In this document: in pieces, positions 11,971-24,525 of the stretch
Layout: every line of letters begins with the position of its first letter
Numbering within the stretch: the first letter of the stretch is position 1
Assembly: GCA_951406725.2 (NCBI GenBank)
Contig: OX597825.1
Coordinates: 68,882,001-68,946,000, forward strand
DNA: 64,000 nt
Source: Octopus vulgaris
Taxonomy: Eukaryota
Reading direction: 5' to 3'
The notes under the pieces: generated by a model
The model's input: only the letters and a program-made list of their open reading frames with translations
What the model was told of the DNA's origin: nothing
The model's database searches: none
Program-made: the position numbers and the translations under genes

Positions 11971-12602
11971 TATGGATAAATCACATTTATTTTTTTAACA
12001 AGTGATGCAAATACTTTTTCCATTTGTTTAAGAATACGAAATAAACACAAAATTATGTCACACATTACAAATATTTTCGCATAATTTTTTTTCTGAAAGT
12101 TTATTGGGTGTTCTATTCAAAAAATATTTTGTAGCTGCAGAAAAATCATATTAAACTGACCAGGGTTTTGTTTCGCTGTCATTCAGTTTAAGAAACTTCT
12201 CGGTATGCTATTTTATCTAAAGACCATGGCAGTGGTCTTTCAGTGCCAATGCGTGGCACGTTGGGCAAATGAAATTTTTTGTACTACAGCGTCGGTGCGT
12301 CGCTTAGATTTGGTAGACGGGAACTGAAAGAAGCCTATCGTCACCTTCGAAACGCAGAGTAGATGAAACAGAGGCGACTGAAGAAGGGGAATTTCCCTTG
12401 TGTTGTATGTCCTGTACTCTATTTTTTTGTTGTTTAAGAAAAATGTCCAGTTCCTTGTTTTTGTGTTTATGTTTTCGTTTCTCATTGTGTTCGACGTTTT
12501 TTTGGTGTCCTGTACCCATATATGCGTATATATATATATGTAGAGGTAGGTACGTACATATATGTATATATGCATATGTTTTATTTATTAATTTATTACA
12601 TA

Positions 12603-12679
<77 letters not shown>

Positions 12680-12774
12680 GTGTATATATATACATATACA
12701 TACATACATACCTACATACATACACACACACACACACATATATATATATATTTATATATATTATTTATTCTTTT

Positions 12775-13215
12775 ATTCTTTTATTTGTTTCAGTCATTTG
12801 ACTGCAGCCATGCTGGAGCACCGCCTTTAATCGAGCAAATCGACCCCAAGATTTATTCTTTGTAAGCCCAGTGGTTATTCTATCGGTCTATCTTGCCGAA
12901 CCGCTAAGTGATAGGGACGTAAACACACCAGCATCGGTTGTCAAGCGATGTTGGGGGGACAAACACAGACACACAAACATATACATATATACGTGTGTGT
13001 GTCTTTGTGTCTGTGTCTGTCTCCCACCATCGCTTGATAACCAATGTTGGTGCTTACGTCCCCGTAACCTAGCTGTTCGGCGAAAAAGATCGATAGAATA
13101 AGTGCTAGGCCTAAAAGGAAATGACTGCTGTAGTAGATTCGTTCGACTAGTAGTCTTCAAGCCGATGCTCCATCTTGGTCGCTGTCTAATGTTTGGAAGA
13201 AGTAAAAGATAAAAG
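12775..13215. mobile_element. Two SINE B 3' halves in inverted arrangement
   Basis: 12775-12970 on minus and 13010-13215 on plus, around a short AC/AT/GT tract. Confidence 0.75.
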
Positions 13216-14536
13216 ATGGCCTTACAAATACAAATACCCTGTTCGGCTAACGTAGGAACAATGTTGATCGTGTATCACTGCTTATATGCTTTTTCTTTTA
13301 CCGGTCTCAGCAGCAGGTCGGGGGCCATGCTAGTGCACAGCCTGTGCAGACCTAGAGAAGATTTTGTAAAGGAGACTGACATTACCCATTCATACAGATC
13401 ATCCTACCTATCCACGCTACTTGATGTTTATTTATCCAAGAAGGCTGCCGGTTTAGACCGATGCAAGTTGATACCAGCGCTATGACAGTCATAGGAATCA
13501 AAGTGCAAAGGACCAGAACATAGCCTGACCCTCTAAACCCCATGACTAAACCACCCGCTTTCAGCTTTCAGACCTTGTACTCGGTCTGTGTCATTCAATG
13601 TGTCGTTATTTCCCTTGATAATTTTATGTACTTATGAATATCAGAGAAAAAAAATCTTGGGTGCTATTTCTGGCATATTGTGTGACCACATGGAGTCGCT
13701 CTCGTTTACTCATATATATTAGATTTGAATTAATTGGTTGTAAATCTACAAGCCTTCGTTCTGTTTCTCATCAATAGTAACCGATAGTTCTCGAAGCAGC
13801 AAAGCGTTAGAAATTAACGAAAAAATTGACCATACGTAAAACTTGTTAAAATTTCTACCTCGTCATTGCTCCAAAGAATTTAATACGTTTATGGGAGATG
13901 TTTAAGCATTCCAATTAAGACGGTATAAAACATTCTGAGCTGCGAATATTCAACATTACCATGATGGGGTCTAGACGTGATTTAAACACTACTCGATAAT
14001 TGTTCTTGATCAAATAAGATACAGACTGAAGAGAAGTTTTGAAAAGTAGCCTCAATACTGGAAAATTAGTGTGCGGAGTGCCATTAATATAGATTCATTG
14101 TCCATAGAAATCGATATTATATAATAAATCAAAAGGCATTTATATATATGTCACAGCGAAAGTCTTAATAATTGGTCTTATTAACACTGGAGAGTTGAAT
14201 AGACAAAATGTGCTAGGACACACACATACACACACACATACACACACATACATACACACACATACACACATACGGACACACACACAAATATAATACACAC
14301 GTTCATATTACAAAACTTCTGTCGACGTCTGTCAACATTTTTCAGAATTATGCACATATACACATGTATACATAACTACAAGCACGCGCTCACGTACACA
14401 CAAACACATACACACACACATATGCACATGTATTCATATATATATATATATATATTTGTGTGTGTATGTGTGTGTGTGTGTTGGTATGCATGCGTCTGTA
14501 TATATAGTAAAATAATAATGATAATAATAATAATAA

Positions 14537-15265
14537 TAGGGAATATAATTCCAAATTTACAGGGAAAAATTCAATTTAGCAATTCTAACTCAAATTTCAC
14601 AATATATAATATATGTATATAATTAAGAGAAATAACCTCTATTGAGCAATTCAATAGTGAAAGACATTATCTATATTATATAGGAAAAATTTAAATATAC
14701 TATAATATATACTATGCAAAAAATCCGTAAATTAAGTTAACATTAAATTGACTACGCGCATTTCGTGACTATATCTTTAAATCGATAATAATAAAATCGA
14801 TACTATTAAAATTAATTCGATTTAAAAATATAGCCACTTTTCAGGTCTGAAATAATAAAATCAATGTATGTATCTTAACATATAATGATTAACGAATAAA
14901 TATAGAAATATAAGTGTCGTAACAATAAATAATCGAATAAAATTTAAGAATATTAATGAAAAATAAAATCATAATTTATCTTAGAATTAAGGAGCGAAGG
15001 GTGGCTGTGCGCAGGATGGGAGAGGCAGCTGTAAGATCGTCTTGTTGGTTTTGGAGTAAGAGAGAGGTGTTAAGTTGGAAGCCAGGAGGAGATGCGGAGC
15101 AGTGACTTGAGCACCTCTGCTGTCCCACCAACGGGAGAGTGTTATGGTTCAAGGTCAAAACACCCGATAAACTTTGGATACCGTTTGACGACATCAGTTC
15201 CTCTTGGCCAAGGCTGCATTCACTTTGGTGAATGGATGAAGCAGCACCTTATAGGAGCTATTAAC
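14537..15265 (-). mobile_element. Penelope-like terminal fragment with degenerate hammerhead (14750-14847)
   Basis: Minus strand GAC-CTGAAAA-GTGGCTATAT...ATATAGTCAC-GAAA-TGCGCG-TA-GTC. The AT-rich end is homologous to 9809 and 33105-33335. No GIY-YIG or RT motif was recognised. Confidence 0.55.
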
Positions 15266-15274
15266 ACACACACA

Positions 15275-15347
<73 letters not shown>

Positions 15348-15766
15348 TAAATGGCAGATGTCTTCTAGGGCACTCATAAAGTTCCTACGCTACTTCTTGT
15401 TGGCTACCGTATGTTAATTCCAAACTGGCGAGTTAACTGTATGGCATTGTTATGTGTGCGGTTCTCCCTGTAGCGTAAGATAAATATATTAATAACCTAT
15501 AATACTTCAAAGATGGAGATTTTTAAATTTATATTTTTATTAGCTTTTATTAATACGCACATGTGGTCCCAAAAATACATGTAGTGCCGAAACAAATGTA
15601 GCAATGCATTAGGAGAACTATAAAATCTCCATCTATGAAGTATTCCTCGTAATTAATATATATAAACAAGGAGTTAAAACCACTTTACTTGTGAGATTTT
15701 TGCTACCCTAGTAACTTTATTTATTTTTCCGTGTTAATTGTTAACAAGGTAAAAATACACTCATCA

Positions 15767-15840
<74 letters not shown>

Positions 15841-15842
<2 letters not shown>

Positions 15843-16071
15843 GTCTCTAAAGTGAACAAGGGCACTAATCAGCATCAGTATTGCTAGAAATAAGAGTCAA
15901 AACAACTCAATAGCCAACAAAAGTACTTAATGAGCTGGTCAAGGGACAGCTCATTAAGATAGCTATTGAGTTGTTTTGACTCTTATTTCTAAACAAGCTT
16001 TTGATGGTTTTATAGATGTTTCAAAATTGTAATGTTGCGATGCTAGGTGTTTACATTATTTTGTCCAACCC

Positions 16072-16074
<3 letters not shown>
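15841..16074. mobile_element. Tc1-type transposon end with nested internal hairpins
   Basis: Right end reads CAGGGGTTGGACAAAATAATGTAAACACC on minus next to TA. 30-bp IR at 15885-15914/15962-15991 encloses a 12-bp IR at 15926-37/15947-58. Confidence 0.6.
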
Positions 16075-16132
<58 letters not shown>

Positions 16133-16318
16133 CATATACATATATGCCTGTTCTTCTATTTATCTAGTTATCTATCTATCTGTTATCTATCTGTCACATT
16201 GCTACACTCCATGGCTGAGTTTCATGATAAATGGAACATACTGCACAAACACACGTGTGTGGATGTGTGTACACAGATGTACATTCAAGCACGGAAACAC
16301 ATAACCACATGGACATAT

Positions 16319-16418
<100 letters not shown>

Positions 16419-16497
16419 AATATATATTTATTTCCGCATATACAAATACGTATAAACCTCTTCGCTCTCTTTCTTTCTTCGTCTCTCCTTCTCTCTC

Positions 16498-16535
<38 letters not shown>

Positions 16536-16579
16536 TATACATACATAACATACGTCATATATGCAGGCACACACGCACG

Positions 16580-16633
<54 letters not shown>

Positions 16634-16915
16634 CACGCTCACTTATTTACCGAGTCACGACAAAAGTTCATCTAGTACATAAAAGTAATAACAGTATACG
16701 TTTGGGTTATTTGTATGGCTTCAAGGTAATTATTCCGTATTAGGCTATGAGAAGGAATCATAGCTTGAAGCTATAAAAATGGCGACTAAGACGAAATATC
16801 TTCGAGTGACACGGCACTGTTCTTTGTTCTGTTGCTCGAAATATTTCCACGATACTTCCTACCTGATGAATACATCTCCATGAAATTATACAGCCTCTCC
16901 CTCGTCCGCCTCATC

Positions 16916-16947
<32 letters not shown>

Positions 16948-16988
16948 TGTTATTATTATTATGATTGTTGTTGTTGTTGTTGTTGTTG

Positions 16989-17030
<42 letters not shown>

Positions 17031-17031
<1 letters not shown>

Positions 17032-17243
17032 GGCGGCGAGGTGGCAGAATCCTTGGGATGCTGGACGAAACGTTTAGCGGTATTTCAACCCTCACTACGT
17101 TCTGAGTTCGAATTCCGCCGGCGTCGACTTTGTCTTTCATCCTTTCGGGGTCGATAAAATAAATACCAGTGAAACACGGCTCGATATAATCGACTAGCCC
17201 CCACCCAACAAATCTGAGGCCTTGTGCCTCCAGTAGAAAGGAT
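17031..17243 (+). mobile_element. SINE family A (alternative tail) between TTA tracts
   Basis: Same head and core; tail GGCCTTGTGCCTCCAGTAGAAAGG. Confidence 0.85.
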
Positions 17244-17248
17244 TATTA

Positions 17249-17334
<86 letters not shown>

Positions 17335-17886
17335 GAGTGAGAGAGCAGTGCATGCCATCAAAGTGACACTGGGGTAAAATATACGAAGCCCAATATACCC
17401 ATCATGACTACCCGTCTGATAAAGGTACACCAGGCACATGCATCACAACCATATGTGCGCGACATGGTGATCTCATATCAAGATAAACAGCACATGACCT
17501 TGCAGGTGGGGCCCAGTTAGAATTTTCTTCAGGTTGAGTAGCCCATCCCGCTCAAAAGGTCCCTGAATAAGGGTTGTTTAAGGATGTTGAAAGAAACACC
17601 CATGTTTCCAGAGGTGAATTATTCAAACCCCAAAGAATCCCTCTCAACACATGGCTATGATGCTCCCCCACTACTTCTGCTCGTGCAGAGATGCACATAT
17701 CGTCAGCCACTAAAGGACATGCTCAACTGGTTAAGGTCAAACAACTGACAAGCAAATATGTGGTATTGAGCAGAATATTTGCTGTAGCCCATCTTTTATA
17801 CCAAGACAAAACAATGTACATGATAACACTTCCAATCAGTTAAGATCAGAAGCCATGAGAGCCACTGCCTGGTACTGCATCAGGGC

Positions 17887-17890
<4 letters not shown>
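17335..17890 (+). mobile_element. ~550-bp (TAA)n-embedded non-autonomous element, copy 2
   Basis: GAGTGAGAGAGCAGTGCATG...CTGCATCAGGGCATTT with (TTA)n on both sides. Confidence 0.85.
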
Positions 17891-17966
<76 letters not shown>

Positions 17967-17969
17967 GTA

Positions 17970-18009
<40 letters not shown>

Positions 18010-18029
18010 AAAAAAATTATTTTTTTTCA

Positions 18030-19830
18030 GAGTCTAGATCGCTGCAATGCACAGCGGTACCTGTTCTGTAGTGAAAGTAAACAGCCACGTTCGGTCCATC
18101 AGGGTTGCACGCTGTCACCTCTTCTATAAGTATTGGCACTCGAGTCACTGTCGTGGAAGCTGGAGCAGCTAAGGAACATTCGTTCGAACTGGGACAAGGA
18201 AGGGCAGTGTCAGCTTACGCGGACGATGTCATCGTCATAGTGTCAGAGGCCTTCGAAGTGGAGACGGTCGGCACCATTCTAAAGGGATATGAGTCGTTTG
18301 CAGGGGCTAAAACCAACGCCAACAAATCGGCTGGCTTGCGGTTGCGCTCCTTGAGAGCTCCTGCAAGTGGATGATGTCATCGAAGGCTGGACCGACGGAA
18401 CAGTTAAAGTGCTCGGGGTCTGGTTTGGTCCCGACCTCCAGGTTGATAAGAACTGGGACGAGGTGGTGAACAGGGTGGCCAGTCTTACCCAGAAATGGGC
18501 TGAAAGAAAGCTGCTCCTGGAAGGTCGGGCAGAGGTGGCGAATGCTTACATCGTCTTCGTTATCATTTATCGCCTGACCGTCGTACCTGACCGTCTTGGT
18601 TGCTATTTGACCAGGCTGGAGCGTCTCTTGTGAAAGGGACGCGTTCCGATGGTCAGACAGTCAGTCTGTTGCTATCATCCTCTGAGTAGCGGATTAGGTA
18701 TGCTGTGGCTCCTAATGCGCAGACACGCACTTAGATTATGCCACCTGCAACGATTTATGGACGGTGAGCGTGTGTGGGCTCCCTTTGTGAGACTCGTTTT
18801 TCCGCAGCTCGTCTCCTTGACGGAGCTACAGTCCTGGGTGAAGAAAAGACCAAGACTAGGCACCTGGCACTTAGAATGTTGTCAGGTGCTCACAACCCTC
18901 TACCAGTCGAGCAATGGGATCGGTGGATGTTCCGCTTTAGAAATTTATAGAGGATTAGTGGCGGGGAATTGCGACGACGTTCTCGGGGAGACTCTGGGCA
19001 ACGACGAGAACGAACTGGCTAATCAGTTCCGGAGGACTTTCCAGTCGGCAACTATCATGGATAGTTTCCAGATGTCCTTGGCCTGGCAGTGTTACCAGAG
19101 GGTTCTGTCGGTTCGAAACAAGCTCTACAGGCACGTATGTGCTGTCAGACAGACTGGTCCGAGGTGCGCGCAGAGTGACGAAACCGTTCTGCACGCCCTC
19201 GTTCAGTGTCCGGGCATCACTGATTTGTGGGGTTATGCCGATCAGCTGCTATCACGTGTGGGACTGATCCATTTGTCGGTGGAGTCTGTAATGATGATTG
19301 CACCACCACCCTCCTTCAATCAAGCAGGCAAGGCAGTTTTCTTTGCCTGGTTGCTGTGGTGAAAGAAGTTATTTGGTGGACAAGGCTGAAAAGCATGATG
19401 GCAGATACACTCCTCTTTGGTAGAGCTCTTATTGACATTTTCAAGTTTCACTTGAAAAGGAAATTGAGAGTGGAGAGGGAAGTCCTCGGGGGAGTTTACT
19501 GAAAGGTGGGTGAAAGTTGGGAAAATGGCAAGGGTGGATGGTACCTCTCTAAGTGTAGACCTGTGAGTCGTAAAGAAGGAACTGGAAAGGACACTTGCTC
19601 ATAATGTTTCAGGGAAATCTCAGACAGTGGGGTTCCTCGATTATCCCAAGATGCGTTCCTGTATCAGGAGGTCCACATCTTTATCATCCTTCTCAACCTT
19701 TTTATTAACCTTTGTATGCTATGCATTTGTCTCTTCTTTTTTTTATCATCTCATTATTATGTGTAAACCCCCACACTTTATGTGTCTCTGTATTGCCCCC
19801 CTTGTCCTTCGCCCTGGTGGCAAATGAATG
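18030..19830 (+). mobile_element. Tx1/L1-clade LINE, 5'-truncated ORF2 pseudogene plus 3' UTR
   Basis: AYADDV RT motif, GAKTNANKS, VKVLGVWFG and zf-RVT-like PRCAQSDETVLHALVQCP, split over ORFs 18105-19502; ends in (ATC)n. Confidence 0.85.
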
Positions 19831-19907
19831 AAATCATCATCATCATCGTCATTATCATCGTCATAATCATCATTATTATTATTATTATTATTATTACTAT
19901 TATTATT

Positions 19908-20185
19908 ATGCAAATATATGAGAAACTACCACCTGTGTCTTCTCTTGTGAAAGGTAGGAGAGTCCAGTTTGCTGGACATTGTTGTAGAGCTGAAAAAGAA
20001 GTAAGTTCTATTCTTCTCCTCTGGAAGCCATCTACTCGCAATACCAGAGGGCGCACACTCTCCTACCCTGATGTAATCTCCAGGGATACAGGCATCCAGC
20101 AACAGGACCTCCGTAATGCCATGATGGATCGTGAAGTCTGGCGTAGCATGGTAAATTCCATTGTCTCGACCACGGTGGAACAATG

Positions 20186-20186
<1 letters not shown>
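19908..20186 (+). mobile_element. RTE/RTEX-like LINE 3' end, 5'-truncated, in a TTA tract
   Basis: QIYEKLPPVS...RRVQFAGHCCR...LLLWKP...AMMDREVWRSMV, stop directly followed by (TTA)n. Confidence 0.8.
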
Positions 20187-20253
<67 letters not shown>

Positions 20254-20281
20254 CATTATTATTGTCATCATTATTATTATT

Positions 20282-20755
20282 CAGTAGTCTTATTTTAATC
20301 ACGTGCTTTCACTGCACGACCGAGCTCAGCTCTGTGTGCCTTGCGTATATGTGCTGTGGTTTGTTGTTATATTAACTGCATTGAAAGAAAGTGTTTTACG
20401 TAGGATGTGTGCGGTGTCTTATGCTATCTTCTGTATATTATATATACTTGTAAGTCCTGGTGTTTTTGCTACGAAATTCGTCTGAATGTGATTCTTTTTT
20501 CATATCCAATACGCTTACTATTATAGGAATTGCTTCTGTTTTTATGATCCACATTCGAGCTGCCTCTGTTTCCAGATCTTTGTGTTTTGAAAGTTTCTCC
20601 GTTTCTTTTAGAGAAACGTTGGTATAGATACGTCGATTAGAAAGCATGTTTTCTTCGTAATCTCTAATAACTATATCTAGCTGTTTAGCCTTGATTTCTC
20701 TATCTGTGTATGTTAGTATATCCCGGAGTATGGTTGCTTTCTCATTTTTTGTGAC
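20282..20755 (-). mobile_element. Decayed R4/Dong-clade LINE 3' end (second subfamily)
   Basis: TDREIK..DIVI..FLIDVSIP..NVSLKETEKLSKHKDLE..TAHILRK aligns with the endonuclease domain of 52213-53676. 3' UTR differs; (TAA)n tail. Confidence 0.8.
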
Positions 20756-21078
20756 TCTTCTTCTTCTTCTTCTTCTTCTTCTTCTTCTTCTTCTTCTTCT
20801 TCTTCTCCTTCTTCTTCTTCTTCTTCTTCTTCTTCTTCTTCTTCTTCTTCTTCTTCTTCTTCTTCTTCTTCTTCTCCTTCTTCTTTCTTCTTCTTCTTCT
20901 TCTTCTTCTTCTTCTTCTCCTCCTCCTTCTCCTTCTTCTTCTTCTTCTTCTTCTTCTTCTTCTTCTTCTTCTTCTCCTTCTTCTTCTCCTTCTCCTTCTT
21001 CTTCTTCTTCTTCTTCTTCTTCTTCTTCTTCTTCTTCTTCTCCTTCTTCTCCTTTCTTCTCCTTCTTCTCTTCTTCTT

Positions 21079-21158
<80 letters not shown>
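20756..21158. repeat. (TTC/CTC)n polypyrimidine tract followed by (TTA)n
   Basis: Direct reading. Confidence 0.95.
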
Positions 21159-21609
21159 GATAGCGCATGCTTATATGCTTATTCAGATAGGCCTAGTAAA
21201 TGAGTGAAACAACTTTGGACGATCACCTTAAACAGACCCTGTAATGTGAAGGCAATATCATGATCCAATAAACTTATCACATTCATTTAATAAAATTCAT
21301 ACATGTGGTTCCTACAGACATGTTTCTCTTAATACATTTATCAAGTAAAGAAATATAAATAGAGAAATTTGACATCTTTCCTCCTTAGAGGAAAGAAGGA
21401 AATCATAGTGGAGTTGCCATGTACATTCCTAAAGATACCAACTGCATAATTTATCCACTCGATGTCTGAGTTTTGTTTGTTGTATGTCAAAACCATCGCA
21501 GTATAATGCCGGTCTCTGGAGTGCGAGAAGCGAGAAAGACGACTCTGCAGTGTCTTGCTAAACAATCTGCACAGATGATTTATTTTATGGTGATCAACTG
21601 TTTGTGCTG

Positions 21610-21923
21610 TGGAGGTGCAATGGCCCAGTGGTTAGGGCAGCGCACTCGCGGTCGGAGGATCGAGATTTCGATTCCCAGACCGGGTGTTATGTGTGTTTAT
21701 TGAGCGAAAACACCTAAAGCTCCACGAGGCTCCGGCAGGGGGTGGTGGCGACCCCTGTTGTACTCTTTCGGCCCAACTTTCTCTCACTCTTTCTTCCTGT
21801 TTCTTTAGTAACGCTGCGATGGACTGGCGTCCCGTCCAGCTGGAGTGGTGGGGGGCACATACGCCATAGAAACCGGGAAACCGGACCCATGAGCCTGGCT
21901 AGGCTTGAAAAGGGCGAAAAAAA
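21610..21923 (+). mobile_element. tRNA-derived SINE (family C-related variant), full length
   Basis: A box TGGCCCAGTGG, B box-like ATTTCGATTCC, A-rich tail; related copies at 49255-49514 (-), 45100-45405 (+) and 35808-36290 (+). Confidence 0.85.
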
Positions 21924-21950
21924 TGCTTGTGTTGCAAATAACTCCTCTCC

Positions 21951-22575
21951 ATCAACCGCCGGCAATGTCCCGTTCTTTTTCTTTTTTCGTTTTCTCCCCT
22001 TTGCTACGGGAGGGTGTGGTACCTCCGCTTTATCCGGAGGGTCTTCCTCCCCTCCCGCAGCTTTAGGTACACTGCCGGCATGCCTTGAATCTTTGTCGGT
22101 GGGAAGTGTGCCACCGGCAGAGGAAACTGTGGTCCCTCCCAGAGCGACGAGAGATGATTTTTTTATCTTCTTCCATAAGGGAGGGGCAATACAGAGCTTC
22201 TTAAGGAAGCTAGAGGACCGGAGGGAGGAGCCCATGCCCTGGACTGAAGACTCGGATTGGCTTCCGCAGGTGACTACGGAGGTCATATCGGAAGTCGATA
22301 TGTTCATGGTGTCGAACTCCTTCCCGAAGGACCAGTTTAGGTTCGCCTTCTGGGGCCCCAACCTGGAGCTGGAGCATTGCCTGCGGGAGGCATACAGCAT
22401 GGTCGGGGAGGAAGGATAAAGAGGCTTTAGTGCCAAAATGTTTATTAGTTGTTATTGTTTGTAAGAGGCTCAGCGCCTCAATTTGTAATGGACTATTAAG
22501 TCCAGTAATTGTAAGAACTGAGGTAAGAGGTTTAATACCTCGGTTTGTTTTTTGAAGAACAATGTTTTAGAGAAG
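21951..22575. mobile_element. GC-rich insertion, possibly a LINE ORF1/gag fragment
   Basis: Overlapping open frames on both strands, a basic KGRKRKKKK stretch and GC content well above the flanks; no diagnostic motif. Confidence 0.35.
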
Positions 22576-22688
22576 CAGAAGATCGGCGGGCGTCTTTTGC
22601 TCCCCTCATTAATATCATAATTTTGTTTATCATTTCATCTCATTAATGTAATGTCCAGCTCACAGCTACATTTGTATAATGCCCTTGT

Positions 22689-23102
22689 TATTTCTTTATT
22701 GCACACAAGGGGCTAAACATAGAGGGGATAAACAAGGACAGACAAACGGATTAAGTCGATTATATCGATCCCAGTGCGTAACTGGTACTTATTTAATCGA
22801 TCCCGAAAGGATGAAAGGCAAAGTCGACCTCGGCGAAGTTTGAACTCAGAACGTAGCGGCAGACGAAATGCCTATTTCTTTACTACCCACAAGGACTAAA
22901 CACAGAGGGGACAAACAAGGACAGAAAAACGGATTAAGTCGATTATATCGACCCCAGTGCGTTACTGGTACTTAATTTATCGACCCCAAAAGGATGAAAG
23001 GCAAAGTCGGCCTCGGCGGAATTTGAACTCAGAACGTAACGGCAGACGAAATACCGCTAAGCATTTCGCCCGGCGTTCTAACGTTTCTGCCAGCTCGCCG
23101 CC
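22689..23102 (-). mobile_element. SINE family A dimer with 18-bp TSD
   Basis: Two body-plus-tail units; flanked by TTTGT(A/G)TAATGCCCTTGT. Confidence 0.9.
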
Positions 23103-24080
23103 TTTGTGTAATGCCCTTGTAGCAAATTATATGAATAAAAATAACTCCTCTCCCTCCAGCAAATTAATGATTGTCTGGATGGCTCCACGGTGTGTCACAC
23201 ACGAGATGTCGAAATGGTCGTAGAACAATGCTAGATGAAATGTTTTGCTCAAGAACACAACTCATCACCCGGTTCAAGAATCGAACTCGCGATCTCGCGA
23301 TCGTGAATGTAACACCATGAACGCTAGGTCACTCGCAGTATAGTAAATAAGTAATTCACACTCTTCATCGCATTAGTCAAATTATGGCAGATTGTTTAAA
23401 CATGTTGATAAGTTTGCTGATGTGAGACTACTGATAAGTCACTTGATTAAAACGACTTTTGCATCATTTTAGTAGATACACAATGAAAGAATTCGATAGC
23501 TTTGATATGTTTATATGGAGATACTTTAAGAAGACGTGGTGCAAACAGCTTACTCGTGACAAGCTAATTGATGTTGATTAGAATCTATTTGACAACGTCG
23601 TTTGACTATGTGGTACAGTTTGAGCGAAACCCAGAGAGAAAAGCTGCAGCTGTCTGAACCACGTTGATAGATTAGCATCGAATTAGTAAAAGATGATGTT
23701 ATCAATTTTCCTGAGATGCTTCGTAACGGAAATCCAAATTCCAACCCGAAAACATTTTCGCAATTATAAAGGTAAAGTCATACTTAAATTAAAAGTCAAT
23801 TAAAGGTGGAAGAATTATTTGCAACAACGTATACAGAATCGTGAGCATTTCAAAGAGAAGAAATAAATAAAAGAAAAATGACTTGAGATGTCACTTAAAG
23901 AAGTTCATTTATCTTCCTTAGAAATTCGAGTAGTGAAATATTTGTGTGCAGATGTTTCACAGTAACGTAGGAAATTTGAGCTCAAATGTAACTGGACAGC
24001 AAAACTTCACTTTACATTATACTAAACTAAGCTCAGCTAAATTTTACTGTAATCTAAACTAACATATTACTGTTAGTTTA

Positions 24081-24237
24081 GTGACTGTGTGGTAAGTAGC
24101 TTGCTTACCAGCCACATGGTTCCGGGTTCATTCTCACTGCGTGGCACCTTGAGTAACTGTCTTCTACTATAGCCTCGGGTCGACCAAAGCCTTGTGAGTG
24201 GATTTAGTAGACGGAAAATGAAAGGAATCCCGTTGTA

Positions 24238-24300
<63 letters not shown>

Positions 24301-24525
24301 GTGTGTATGTATGCTTGTGTGTCTGTGTTTGTCTCCTCGACATCGCTTGACAACGGACGCTGGTGTGTTTACATCCCCGTAACTTAGCGGTTCGGCAAAA
24401 GAGACCGATAGAATAAGTACTAGGCTTACAAAGAATAAGTCCTGGGGTCGATTTGCTCGACTAAAGGCCGTGCTCCAGCATGGCCGCAGTCAAATGACTG
24501 AAACAAGTAAAAGAATAAAAGAATA
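24081..24525 (+). mobile_element. SINE family B, full length
   Basis: Matches 11567-11970, with a longer internal microsatellite. Confidence 0.9.

Noticed and set aside
16863-16890. CTGATGA...GAAA hammerhead-like words
   Set aside because: No convincing stem II, stem III or stem I pairing.
21610-21690. tRNA gene
   Set aside because: A/B boxes are present but run into a SINE body found in multiple diverged copies; this is a SINE head, not a tRNA.
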